From: a virus
Lineage: Duplodnaviria; Caudoviricetes
Length of the DNA: 39,345 nucleotides
IMG/VR virus record: IMGVR_UViG_3300027732_001882
Coordinates: 1 to 39,345 of that record
Reading direction: 5' to 3' (one strand)
Below the pieces are notes generated by a model, which was given only the letters and a program-made list of their open reading frames with translations, made no database searches and was not told where the DNA came from. Position 1 is the first letter of the stretch, and each line of letters starts with the position of its first letter. Below, one piece after another: positions 26,973 through 34,966 of this stretch. A program made the translations under genes and the position numbers.

Positions 26973-27013
26973 ACTTTCAAACTGTTTCTACTGCATTGCT
27001 ACAGCATGCCACT

Positions 27014-27079
27014 AGTATATGCTATCTACTGATTCCTGTCAACAACTATCTGTCTTTATCTTGTTGTATTTCTACAACA
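27014..27079 (-). promoter_or_regulatory. sigma70 promoter with palindromic operator
   Basis: TTGACA-N17-TATACT (27014-27042); palindrome at 27062-27079. Confidence 0.8.
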
Positions 27080-27083
27080 AGCC

Positions 27084-27159
27084 TGGAGCGGGTGATCAGG
27101 TTCGAACTGACGACATCTTGCTTGGCAAGCAAGTGCTCTACCAACTGAGCTACACCCGC
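27084..27159 (-). tRNA. tRNA-Gly(GCC)
   Basis: Loop TTGCCAA, U73, CCA. Confidence 0.95.
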
Positions 27160-27161
27160 AC

Positions 27162-27195
27162 AATAAAAAAGCCCCGGAGTTTTTATTTCCAGGGC
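27162..27195 (-). terminator. intrinsic terminator of attenuator 2
   Basis: GCCCTGGA/TCCGGGGC stem plus TTTTTTATT, immediately 5' of tRNA-Gly(GCC). Confidence 0.8.
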
Positions 27196-27218
27196 CTGTA
27201 ATCTCACTATGCGTAGAG

Positions 27219-27284
27219 TTACGGCCTCGGAGTATCCTCTGTGGCTGGTCCTGTATTACCTGGTAACAATTTTGCGTTTAACAT
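27219..27284 (-). CDS. 21-aa leader peptide of tRNA cluster 2
   Basis: MLNAKLLPGNTGPATEDTPRP*; ATG 6 nt after TATAAT; stop lies inside the antiterminator. Confidence 0.75.
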   Translation of the reverse strand: MLNAKLLPGNTGPATEDTPRP

Positions 27285-27290
27285 AGTATT

Positions 27291-27319
27291 ATTATATATC
27301 CTTTTAACTTAGAAGTCTA
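27291..27319 (-). promoter_or_regulatory. sigma70 promoter for leader 2
   Basis: TAGACT-N17-TATAAT. Confidence 0.7.
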
Positions 27320-27323
27320 CCTC

Positions 27324-27860
27324 TTATGGCAAAATTTCTTTGAATTTTTCTCTGCACTCTTCAAAGGTGCCTGCCACTCCCCAGCTGGCAATGATCCTAA
27401 TATCAGTGGAGTCGAATCGTTTTACATCGTGAGCCACATCATTACGAATCAGTGCTGGACGCTTTAATGAAAATCTATAAACCTCTTTCATTTCACCTGT
27501 TATCCTGTAGTGCCTTTCGTCTGGCTTGTAGACTTTTTCAATCTCTCCGTCAACTGGTTCATAGTAAATTGTAGCGGATGTATCATCACATCCGCTGATT
27601 GGTATATTGAATGCCGCCAGTCGATGACCATCAATGTGCAAGGGAATGTATCCGTCTGGTGGTGTATGATATATGTTCAACCAACCACCCAAGAATACAA
27701 ACTTCTCTTGAACTGATTTTAAATAGTCGTCGGAACTGATGTCAATTCTTACATATCCTTTAAGGACAAACTCTGCCTCAAGCTTGTCCATAACTAGTTT
27801 TTGAATGTAAGGAAGATCTAAAAAGTCGGGTGTTTCGTATACATAGAAGTCATCAATCAT
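27324..27860 (-). CDS. HxD...H cupin/Fe(II) oxygenase-like protein
   Basis: LHID...FNIP...AHDV...RIIAS. Confidence 0.65.
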   Translation of the reverse strand: MIDDFYVYETPDFLDLPYIQKLVMDKLEAEFVLKGYVRIDISSDDYLKSVQEKFVFLGGWLNIYHTPPDGYIPLHIDGHRLAAFNIPISGCDDTSATIYYEPVDGEIEKVYKPDERHYRITGEMKEVYRFSLKRPALIRNDVAHDVKRFDSTDIRIIASWGVAGTFEECREKFKEILP

Positions 27861-27881
27861 ACAATATTTATCGGAGAAAAA

Positions 27882-28685
27882 GTGGATTATTCCTGGAAAA
27901 ATCTAAACAACATCTATCAACATGTCCTAAAGCTTGGAATGTTAAGTCCACCGGAGGATGTCATAGCATGTTGGCTGTTATTTGGTAGTTTACCCAAAAT
28001 TGATAAGTTCCTAGAACTTGGATCTTACATCGGCGGTGGACTCGCGATATTTAATGAGGCCTTATGCGAAACAGGTCATAATGATGTAAAATTCACTGGT
28101 GTTGATCATTTAAACTTTATCGGAGCAAAAGAAACCAATGCCAGTGGTGCTTGGTATACAGATCACTTTAATCGTTGTTTGAGCCAAGAAGAAATACAGA
28201 TGTTGGCAACATTGTCCACTGCCAAGGATATGCAAGAATGGATTGCCGCAAGATCTGAGCAATTGACCGGCAGGCCAATGTCCTTGACTTGCTACCTAAA
28301 TGAATCCGAAGCTGACGAACAGTATGATATTATACACCATGACTACGGGGACGGTGTTGCTGAAAATCTCAACACCATTAGAAAAGCTTTGCCAAAGCTA
28401 AAAGATCGTGGTATCTACATTGTAGATGACTGGTGCACAGGTGCACCATTACGCACATGGGCCACAGTTATTGCTCATCAAGAAAAATTACTGTATCCAA
28501 TCATGTGGGGTAAAAACAAAGTGTTTTTTGCAAAGTCAGCAGATGTAGCACAAGCAACTATAAAACTAATCACTGCCAATTCCAGTTACAATGGCCAGCT
28601 GTTTAAATTCATGCCAGGATCTGATTATTTTGGTGCTGACTATCGAACTATTAGAATGCACTGGCAGGCAATACAATGGGCATAA
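27882..28685 (+). CDS. class I SAM-dependent methyltransferase-like protein
   Basis: FLELGSYIGG, GVD and IVDDW. Confidence 0.7.
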   Translation: MDYSWKNLNNIYQHVLKLGMLSPPEDVIACWLLFGSLPKIDKFLELGSYIGGGLAIFNEALCETGHNDVKFTGVDHLNFIGAKETNASGAWYTDHFNRCLSQEEIQMLATLSTAKDMQEWIAARSEQLTGRPMSLTCYLNESEADEQYDIIHHDYGDGVAENLNTIRKALPKLKDRGIYIVDDWCTGAPLRTWATVIAHQEKLLYPIMWGKNKVFFAKSADVAQATIKLITANSSYNGQLFKFMPGSDYFGADYRTIRMHWQAIQWA

Positions 28686-29242
28686 ATTACAAGCAAATAG
28701 AATGCCCTTGGGTTGTAGATGATAACTGTCAATTTGACTACCTGTGGGAATCTGATAAGTCACAACATTTTGGTTTTCCTACTGCCAAATTGAGTCCTGT
28801 ATTCCTATCATGGGCAGACTCTAAAAATCTACACATAAGTTTTGCGGAAGTATTCTATCTACCTGCTGGCTGTGCAGTTAGACGTATACACACAGACTTG
28901 GATCATATTACAGAAGCATGCAGTAAGATAAACTTTATCCTTGGCGGCGATGATGCGCCAATGCAATGGTTTACTCTTAAAGAAAATGCCAAGAGCCACC
29001 GTGATGTAAATACTGCGCCTACTGTTATCAACACAAAACAAGTTTCGCCTTACCTTAGTTGGCCAAGAGAAGAATGTGAAGTCGTTGAAGAAGCTGTGCT
29101 AACTGGCATAAACATTATACACGCTGGCATACCTCATGTTGTGTTCACTAAAGAAAAATCTCGCATTGCAATCAGTGTAGTATTGCAATGCAAGATATCA
29201 AAAAAGAGACTCAGCGTTGAAGAAGCGTTACTTAGAATCTAA
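28676..29242 (+). CDS. HxD...H cupin/Fe(II) oxygenase-like protein
   Basis: IHTD...KINF...PHVV...RIAIS; closest to 12223-12780. Confidence 0.65.
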   Translation: MGINYKQIECPWVVDDNCQFDYLWESDKSQHFGFPTAKLSPVFLSWADSKNLHISFAEVFYLPAGCAVRRIHTDLDHITEACSKINFILGGDDAPMQWFTLKENAKSHRDVNTAPTVINTKQVSPYLSWPREECEVVEEAVLTGINIIHAGIPHVVFTKEKSRIAISVVLQCKISKKRLSVEEALLRI

Positions 29243-29689
29243 AACTAATTTACATGTTGCCATAAATTCATCGTACGCCGCTTGTACCATTGGATGCTCT
29301 AACAGCTTGACCGCTTCTGCTTCCATTGCTTTTAGGCCTGCCTCGGTAACTTCTCTGGCACTGGGGATTTCAATGTAGTACCGATCATCGCCAAACGCTC
29401 GGGCCAGAGCTTCCCAGGCTTTCTTTTGCTTTTCAGTGATGGGCTTATTGTGTGGGCGCATTTCGCTAGCCTTAACCATTGCAGAACTCATTGCATCTTC
29501 AGCATAGCGGCCAGCGGCAATCATTGGTGCCAAGGCTGGCTCAATGTTGAAGCGACGAGTTTGTCCACCAGGATACACATCCACTAGGTGGGTGCCCTTG
29601 GGAAAGCTATCGCAGAACTCACTGGAGTATGTGGTGTGAGGGATATACTTGCGGCCTTGCTTGATGTAAAAGATTGTTTCTTTTGTCAT
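29228..29689 (-). CDS. hypothetical protein
   Basis: 153-aa ORF. Confidence 0.75.
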   Translation of the reverse strand: MTKETIFYIKQGRKYIPHTTYSSEFCDSFPKGTHLVDVYPGGQTRRFNIEPALAPMIAAGRYAEDAMSSAMVKASEMRPHNKPITEKQKKAWEALARAFGDDRYYIEIPSAREVTEAGLKAMEAEAVKLLEHPMVQAAYDEFMATCKLVLDSK

Positions 29690-29690
29690 T

Positions 29691-29876
29691 TTATTTCTCT
29701 ATTCGCAGTTTACGGCAACCTTCTTTGACTTCTACAGGATAGTCAGGACTAATTTCTGCAATGCTACAGTTGTATACTTTTTCTCTTGGCCACGGGACAG
29801 TAAACAAAAGATACACACAAACACACATGGCAGTGATTGCTCCGCACAACTCCCAATTAATTGTCGACAGTTTCAT
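29691..29876 (-). CDS. small membrane-anchored protein
   Basis: From ATG 29876: TM segment, then YNCSIAEISPDYP..VKEGCR. Confidence 0.6.
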   Translation of the reverse strand: MKLSTINWELCGAITAMCVCVYLLFTVPWPREKVYNCSIAEISPDYPVEVKEGCRKLRIEK

Positions 29877-30441
29877 CCGTGTCCTGTTTGTATATGCCAC
29901 GAGCTTCTGCATGAGTTTGACACAAGGTTGTAATCCAACCACCGCCAACTTGCTTGCCAGGATTGCCGCACTCCTCACAGGTAACAGCACTCATCGATTC
30001 TGCCATGCTAACAAGTCCACTGATGTAATCATCACCACCCGAATAATAAAATCTCAGAGTGCCAAACTTCTCTTTGACTTGGTCTAAGGTAACTTGGCAT
30101 ACTGGCTGTTCTACTTCACGCAGAGGTTGATCAATAAGTTCTTGTTTGCGTTTTTCTTTATACTCCAGATTAATCAGATCTTTATATTCTTCGTCAAACA
30201 ACTCACTGTTACCAGCTTTGAGCTGAGTGGCTATCTTATTAATTTTAATGGCAACATCATGTTGTCTAATCTTCCAATCAATATGATGTTGGATATTGCC
30301 CATCAGCTGATCCAAGATATTAAACCAACCTTCACCACATTCAAAGCCCCAACACATACAAGTTTCTTTCATATCCTTGTTGCGGTTCACCATCATCTTT
30401 GGGTACCGCTCGCACAACAATTTGTCTAGCTCTTGTTTCAT
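29857..30441 (-). CDS. conserved phage protein with Zn-ribbon
   Basis: QVKEKFGTLRFY...CEECG...TLC..H. Confidence 0.75.
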   Translation of the reverse strand: MKQELDKLLCERYPKMMVNRNKDMKETCMCWGFECGEGWFNILDQLMGNIQHHIDWKIRQHDVAIKINKIATQLKAGNSELFDEEYKDLINLEYKEKRKQELIDQPLREVEQPVCQVTLDQVKEKFGTLRFYYSGGDDYISGLVSMAESMSAVTCEECGNPGKQVGGGWITTLCQTHAEARGIYKQDTDETVDN

Positions 30442-30442
30442 A

Positions 30443-30640
30443 TTAATCCTTGTCTATTGGCATACAATGCGTTGGAAATAGGCCCTTCTGGACCCACATG
30501 TCTCCACCTTTATCTGGTGTCATTACAATACCCCCAAGACACATGACTTGTGGAGGCTTGCTGATAAGCATCATAAAAATACTGACTACAACCATGAGCC
30601 ATAACAGTATCATGAAAATTCTATATACCCATTTATTCAT
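30443..30640 (-). CDS. small membrane protein
   Basis: MNKWVYR plus TM segment; ATGA overlap. Confidence 0.6.
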   Translation of the reverse strand: MNKWVYRIFMILLWLMVVVSIFMMLISKPPQVMCLGGIVMTPDKGGDMWVQKGLFPTHCMPIDKD

Positions 30641-30873
30641 AACTTCTCTCCACAATGTGGACACAGTTTAGTATTGGCATTACGCATTTCCTTCAGTGTC
30701 CGGTTTAGTTTCTTGGCATCAGCCAGTTGACTTTTAATTAATTTACGATTTCGCTCACCCTTGGCCTTGCTCAGTTCTTCTTTAAGGTGTAGCTTCATTT
30801 TGGTCAACCGACCTTCAAAGATTTCAATAAAGCCTGTTATACCCGGACTACTGCTGGCCGATGTAGCACTCAT
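30637..30873 (-). CDS. hypothetical protein with C-terminal CPHC knuckle
   Basis: 78-aa ORF. Confidence 0.7.
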   Translation of the reverse strand: MSATSASSSPGITGFIEIFEGRLTKMKLHLKEELSKAKGERNRKLIKSQLADAKKLNRTLKEMRNANTKLCPHCGEKL

Positions 30874-31124
30874 TTTATCTCATCCGGTGTTTCTACAAAG
30901 TCACTGATGATCAGATTGAGTGCTTCAATCCTACGCATGTTACCTGTTACATCTTCAGGATGCAACCAGTAGCCGTCTGGGTTTTCGTCGGTCTTGGGAT
31001 TCTTCTTCCACTTGGCCAATTCACTTTTGAGATTGGCTCGATAGTCTTTCAGAGTCATACTGGTAATACGATCTGCGGCATCACCATCGATCCATTGGTA
31101 CGGTTTATGTTTAGCCTTGCTCAT
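30870..31124 (-). CDS. hypothetical protein
   Basis: 84-aa ORF, coupled. Confidence 0.7.
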   Translation of the reverse strand: MSKAKHKPYQWIDGDAADRITSMTLKDYRANLKSELAKWKKNPKTDENPDGYWLHPEDVTGNMRRIEALNLIISDFVETPDEIK

Positions 31125-31314
31125 TTAATGATCCTTTTAATATGATATCTCGACCTTGTTCACCAATGGTGTCGTCGAGTATTTCTACTGTGCGTTGTAA
31201 CATTGCACATGCTAACATTATAAGCTCTTCTCTGTCGTCTGTCAACTGAATGGAGCTGTCTATGAGCTCCATAATTTCAGTCATTCGTTGCTGTACATTG
31301 TCACGATCCTTCAT
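31111..31314 (-). CDS. hypothetical protein
   Basis: 67-aa ORF with RBS. Confidence 0.7.
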   Translation of the reverse strand: MKDRDNVQQRMTEIMELIDSSIQLTDDREELIMLACAMLQRTVEILDDTIGEQGRDIILKGSLNEQG

Positions 31315-31323
31315 CTATTTTCC

Positions 31324-33393
31324 TTAAAATACGCTACGAGCCATTATTGAAAATCCTGTTGCTTGTACTCCTGCGGCACCGCCTGCATTGAACTGGCGTA
31401 CCACATCAAATCCAACACTTGTTTTGTTAGTGTGTTTAACAGTATAACCAAGTACTAGATTCATTTCACGCACTTCCGGTGCCAAGCTAGAGCGCATTGT
31501 TTGTGACTGTGGGTTTGCAGTACTTGTGCCGTCACCATTATCGCTGTATGTATAAGATGTAACTCCAGTCACTGTTGCGCTACCACTTCGTACCTGTACT
31601 GGCTGAGCAACAAATAATGTGATTGCATCATGTAATTTACCTTGGTCAATGAACACTCGTTGTTGTGATGCGCCCAACTTCCAACTATCACTTACAAGTG
31701 TAGAATCTAATTGGACCATGCTATCCTGTACATTAGAAGTTTTAGTAAAACCCACGGTGTACTTTCCAATCAATGCAGTATTCTCAGCCACCTTATAACT
31801 GCCGCCTGCTCCAAACCAAGTAGTATTGCTACCACCAAACGCCATTGCGCCACCACCTTGTGAACCAAGCACAGAGTTTGTTTCCTTCAATGCACCCGCT
31901 TCAAAGCTTAGTCGAGTACGCTCACTATGTTGCCACTCATATTGAGTTGCTGTACCTGTGTCACTGGTCATCAGTGTTATTACGCTATCTTTACCAAATG
32001 GTACTGCCATGTGTTTATAGTTTGAAGAAGCCATGGACATCCACGGCGTGGCATATTGGTAACTCATTGAGTTGGTAAATGCCACTGCCTTTGTTAGGTT
32101 TGCAGTATAATTACGCCCAATGCTGTCAACCACTTGTGCGTTTTGTAGCACTGAACTGGTGGCCAAACTAATTGCGCCAGATGTGGCTACTCCTGTGCCA
32201 GTGAGGCCAACTGTTTTGCCTTGTGGACCAGAGCCGTTGAGTTTGGTCATGTTGGCCAGTGTCACTGTGCCCATTGGCTGGGTGGCTTTATCAAAGTTGA
32301 CCATACCACGGCCAGTTACATTTGAGTCGCCCATTGGCGTGGCTGTATTTAGAATCAATGAAACAATTTGTTCTGACCTTAACTGTGGCCAAGCCTGTTT
32401 CATCAACGCCACACCACCTGACACATAGGCAGTGGCGCCACTGGATCCGGTAACTGCAATTGAACCACTGGAGTTTAACTTGCCATCAGCATCTTTCAAT
32501 CCATATTGATTGGCCACTGAGCCATACAACTGCATGCCTGGTGCAACAACATAGAAGTCCTTGACCAGGTAAGGATCATTACAGGTAGAGCCAGATATGT
32601 TATTGCAAATGGAGCCAGCCTTGTTTGATGAGGTGGCAATATTGCCGTTGGTGTCGGAATAGCCAACAATCAGCATTTTGCCGCCCAGTACCAAGTTACC
32701 TTTGCTATCAACCTGAGTAGCAAACATTCCTGGTACCTGTGAGTATGCCAGTCCTTGATTGCCTGCGGCCGCAACAATGATACTTCCTCTGTTGGTACCT
32801 ACTGCAAATGCTTGCACATCGGTCGTACTGTAACCATACAATGATCCATATGCGGCAGGCGCTTTATAAATTCCTGCAGACATTTTAGAGATGCCTTTGT
32901 TGAAATTTGGATCAAACATGGATCCTAGACTCAGGTTGATAACTGATGCGCCGTTGGCACTGGCCCAATCCACTGCTTGCTTGACTGCGGTAAAATTAAT
33001 GCCTGCTGAAGTACCACCAGCACCCACTTGGGCCAATAATAGAGTTGCGTCAGGTGCAACGCCAACTGTGCCTGAACCATTTTTATTTGCGGCCGCAATG
33101 CCTGCCATCAGTGTTCCATGATGACCCCAAGTTACCGCTGATGCTGGATTATAGAGATTTTTACTGCCAACAATTTTATTGGCAAAGTCTGCATGAGTCA
33201 AATCAAAGCCCTGATCAACAATGGCAATTGTTATACCTTGGCCAGTGAACCCTCTGGACCAGGCAATGGGTACACCTGTTTTTGCAAGTGCTGTTGAAAT
33301 TTGCCTGTCCTCATAATTTAATGCTTTGGTCTGAGCGTAGGCTGTACTTCCTAGGGCCAAGGCAATGGCTAATGTTAGTGCTTTGAGTTTCAT
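31324..33393 (-). CDS. secreted subtilisin-like (S8) protease with C-terminal beta-rich, autotransporter-like region
   Basis: Signal peptide, IVDQG, HGT, AAGN, GSSGAT and C-terminal Phe. Confidence 0.85.
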   Translation of the reverse strand: MKLKALTLAIALALGSTAYAQTKALNYEDRQISTALAKTGVPIAWSRGFTGQGITIAIVDQGFDLTHADFANKIVGSKNLYNPASAVTWGHHGTLMAGIAAANKNGSGTVGVAPDATLLLAQVGAGGTSAGINFTAVKQAVDWASANGASVINLSLGSMFDPNFNKGISKMSAGIYKAPAAYGSLYGYSTTDVQAFAVGTNRGSIIVAAAGNQGLAYSQVPGMFATQVDSKGNLVLGGKMLIVGYSDTNGNIATSSNKAGSICNNISGSTCNDPYLVKDFYVVAPGMQLYGSVANQYGLKDADGKLNSSGSIAVTGSSGATAYVSGGVALMKQAWPQLRSEQIVSLILNTATPMGDSNVTGRGMVNFDKATQPMGTVTLANMTKLNGSGPQGKTVGLTGTGVATSGAISLATSSVLQNAQVVDSIGRNYTANLTKAVAFTNSMSYQYATPWMSMASSNYKHMAVPFGKDSVITLMTSDTGTATQYEWQHSERTRLSFEAGALKETNSVLGSQGGGAMAFGGSNTTWFGAGGSYKVAENTALIGKYTVGFTKTSNVQDSMVQLDSTLVSDSWKLGASQQRVFIDQGKLHDAITLFVAQPVQVRSGSATVTGVTSYTYSDNGDGTSTANPQSQTMRSSLAPEVREMNLVLGYTVKHTNKTSVGFDVVRQFNAGGAAGVQATGFSIMARSVF

Positions 33394-33426
33394 TTCTGAC
33401 CTTTCATGAACTTGTATAGTATACTA

Positions 33427-33813
33427 TTAAACCGGCTTGTTGTCAACCAATCTACGGATACGGTGGGCCATATCTTCGGGTGTGTCGCCTTTGCCAGTAA
33501 GCATAAAGGCCACATGCTCCACCATGTCTGCACTTTTGAACTCCAGGTCAATGCCCAAGTTCTTGAACACCAGGTTCACTTGCTTGAGAGTCTCAACAAC
33601 GGTGTCGTGGACGATAGTGCAATGCTCGTTTTCAATTTCGTCCTCGTCGTAACCGATATCTTCTAATATAGTATTATAGGCACACTGGTCGTCCATTATA
33701 CAGAACTTACCAAAAGCCTTGTTAAGGTCAGGATCCATAAAGTCATCAATGCCATCACCTATGTCATTGGAATCGATGCTGTTAAGGTGTTCTTGTTTGG
33801 TAAATGTACGCAT
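33427..33813 (-). CDS. hypothetical acidic protein
   Basis: 128-aa ORF with AAGGA RBS and its own sigma70 promoter. Confidence 0.75.
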   Translation of the reverse strand: MRTFTKQEHLNSIDSNDIGDGIDDFMDPDLNKAFGKFCIMDDQCAYNTILEDIGYDEDEIENEHCTIVHDTVVETLKQVNLVFKNLGIDLEFKSADMVEHVAFMLTGKGDTPEDMAHRIRRLVDNKPV

Positions 33814-33839
33814 GGTAGTTCCTTTGTGTGTATGTGTTT

Positions 33840-33868
33840 ATTATACAGCCTTTTGGGCCTGTTGTCAA
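33840..33868 (-). promoter_or_regulatory. consensus sigma70 promoter
   Basis: TTGACA-N17-TATAAT. Confidence 0.8.
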
Positions 33869-33873
33869 CCGTT

Positions 33874-34047
33874 TTATGCAGGGGCAAACATCTTGGCGCC
33901 ATTGACCATAACAACTTTGTATGCTTCCATAGTTTTTTGGGTCTGGGCCAATGGAGATTCTTGGATAAACTGCATCATTTCCAGAAAGCCCAAGCCTAAA
34001 AACTCTGCGTCTTTTTGTATCTGGGAAATTGCTGTTGCGATTTTCAT
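33874..34047 (-). CDS. 57-aa hypothetical protein
   Basis: AGGA RBS. MKIATAISQIQKDAEFLGLGFLEMMQFIQESPLAQTQKTMEAYKVVMVNGAKMFAPA*. Confidence 0.7.
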   Translation of the reverse strand: MKIATAISQIQKDAEFLGLGFLEMMQFIQESPLAQTQKTMEAYKVVMVNGAKMFAPA

Positions 34048-34079
34048 TTTAAGTCCTATTTGTTGCTGTCTAAGTGTTA

Positions 34080-34108
34080 ATTATACTGGTTCTTGGGCCT
34101 GCTGTCAA
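34080..34108 (-). promoter_or_regulatory. consensus sigma70 promoter
   Basis: TTGACA-N17-TATAAT; near-duplicate of 33840-33868. Confidence 0.8.
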
Positions 34109-34140
34109 CCGTTTTTCTGTTGTTTTTATGCTACAGCCGC

Positions 34141-34163
34141 AAAAAAGCCCCAATTAAGGGGCT
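34141..34163 (-). terminator. intrinsic terminator
   Basis: AGCCCC-TTAATT-GGGGCT plus T-run. Confidence 0.8.
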
Positions 34164-34186
34164 AATTTGTCTAATTTTTAAGCAAA

Positions 34187-34465
34187 TTAGATTGTGATGC
34201 CCATGGCCTGTGCTTTGTATGCCAAAGCTACCATGCGACGGCTGGCTTCACCATGGCGATATTCAGTGACCTGAACGCCATTGCCTGCTTTACGGGGATT
34301 TGCATAAACTGCATAACCGCGTTGACGGATAACGCTGATTGTTGCTGTTGGGTTCTTGATACCAAAACGCTTTTCAATTGCGGCTTCTGTCAATGACTCG
34401 CCATTGATAACAAGGGCTTTGAACAGTTTATACTGTTTAGTGGTTTCATCAAATTTCTTTAACAT
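34187..34465 (-). CDS. winged-HTH-like DNA-binding protein
   Basis: LT...FGIKNPTATIS.IR..GYAVYAN. Confidence 0.65.
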   Translation of the reverse strand: MLKKFDETTKQYKLFKALVINGESLTEAAIEKRFGIKNPTATISVIRQRGYAVYANPRKAGNGVQVTEYRHGEASRRMVALAYKAQAMGITI

Positions 34466-34584
34466 TGTGTTTCCTTAAATTATTACATCACTAATTGTGA
34501 TGCTTTTAACATTGTAACATTACTTAAACAGAAAGTCTATGAGGTGTTAGCCACATAGACTTCTTTTGGCAAAACTACCGTTTA

Positions 34585-34851
34585 TTACTTCTGTGCAATG
34601 AACTCGTTTAGGACCTTGGCCTTCTTAATGATCTCTTCTTCTGTAGGAAAAGGTCGGAAGACGGGTTGTGCTGGAACTGCTTCAACTGGTTGATCAATTG
34701 AATGGGCTCGAATTTGGACCAAGTTAACTTCTTGTTCCCATTGAGACCGAAGCGATTCGCGATGTGCATGCCAGTCTTGCTCTAGCATTTCTTTTGACAT
34801 CTTGAGTAGTTCAAGACGAAGTTGGTAGCCATTAGGGGCAATTGTACTCAT
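34585..34851 (-). CDS. hypothetical protein
   Basis: 88-aa ORF, AGGAG RBS. Confidence 0.75.
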   Translation of the reverse strand: MSTIAPNGYQLRLELLKMSKEMLEQDWHAHRESLRSQWEQEVNLVQIRAHSIDQPVEAVPAQPVFRPFPTEEEIIKKAKVLNEFIAQK

Positions 34852-34922
34852 TGTAATTCTCCTGTGTTTGAGTGTGTTGTAAAACTGTTGTCTTACATAT
34901 TAATTATACACTACAAAAACAC

Positions 34923-34947
34923 AAAAGCCACCGTAGTGGTGGCTTTT
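34923..34947. terminator. intrinsic terminator (bidirectional form)
   Basis: AAAAGCCACC-GTAGT-GGTGGCTTTT. Confidence 0.75.
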
Positions 34948-34966
34948 GGTGAAACTAATTTTTAAA

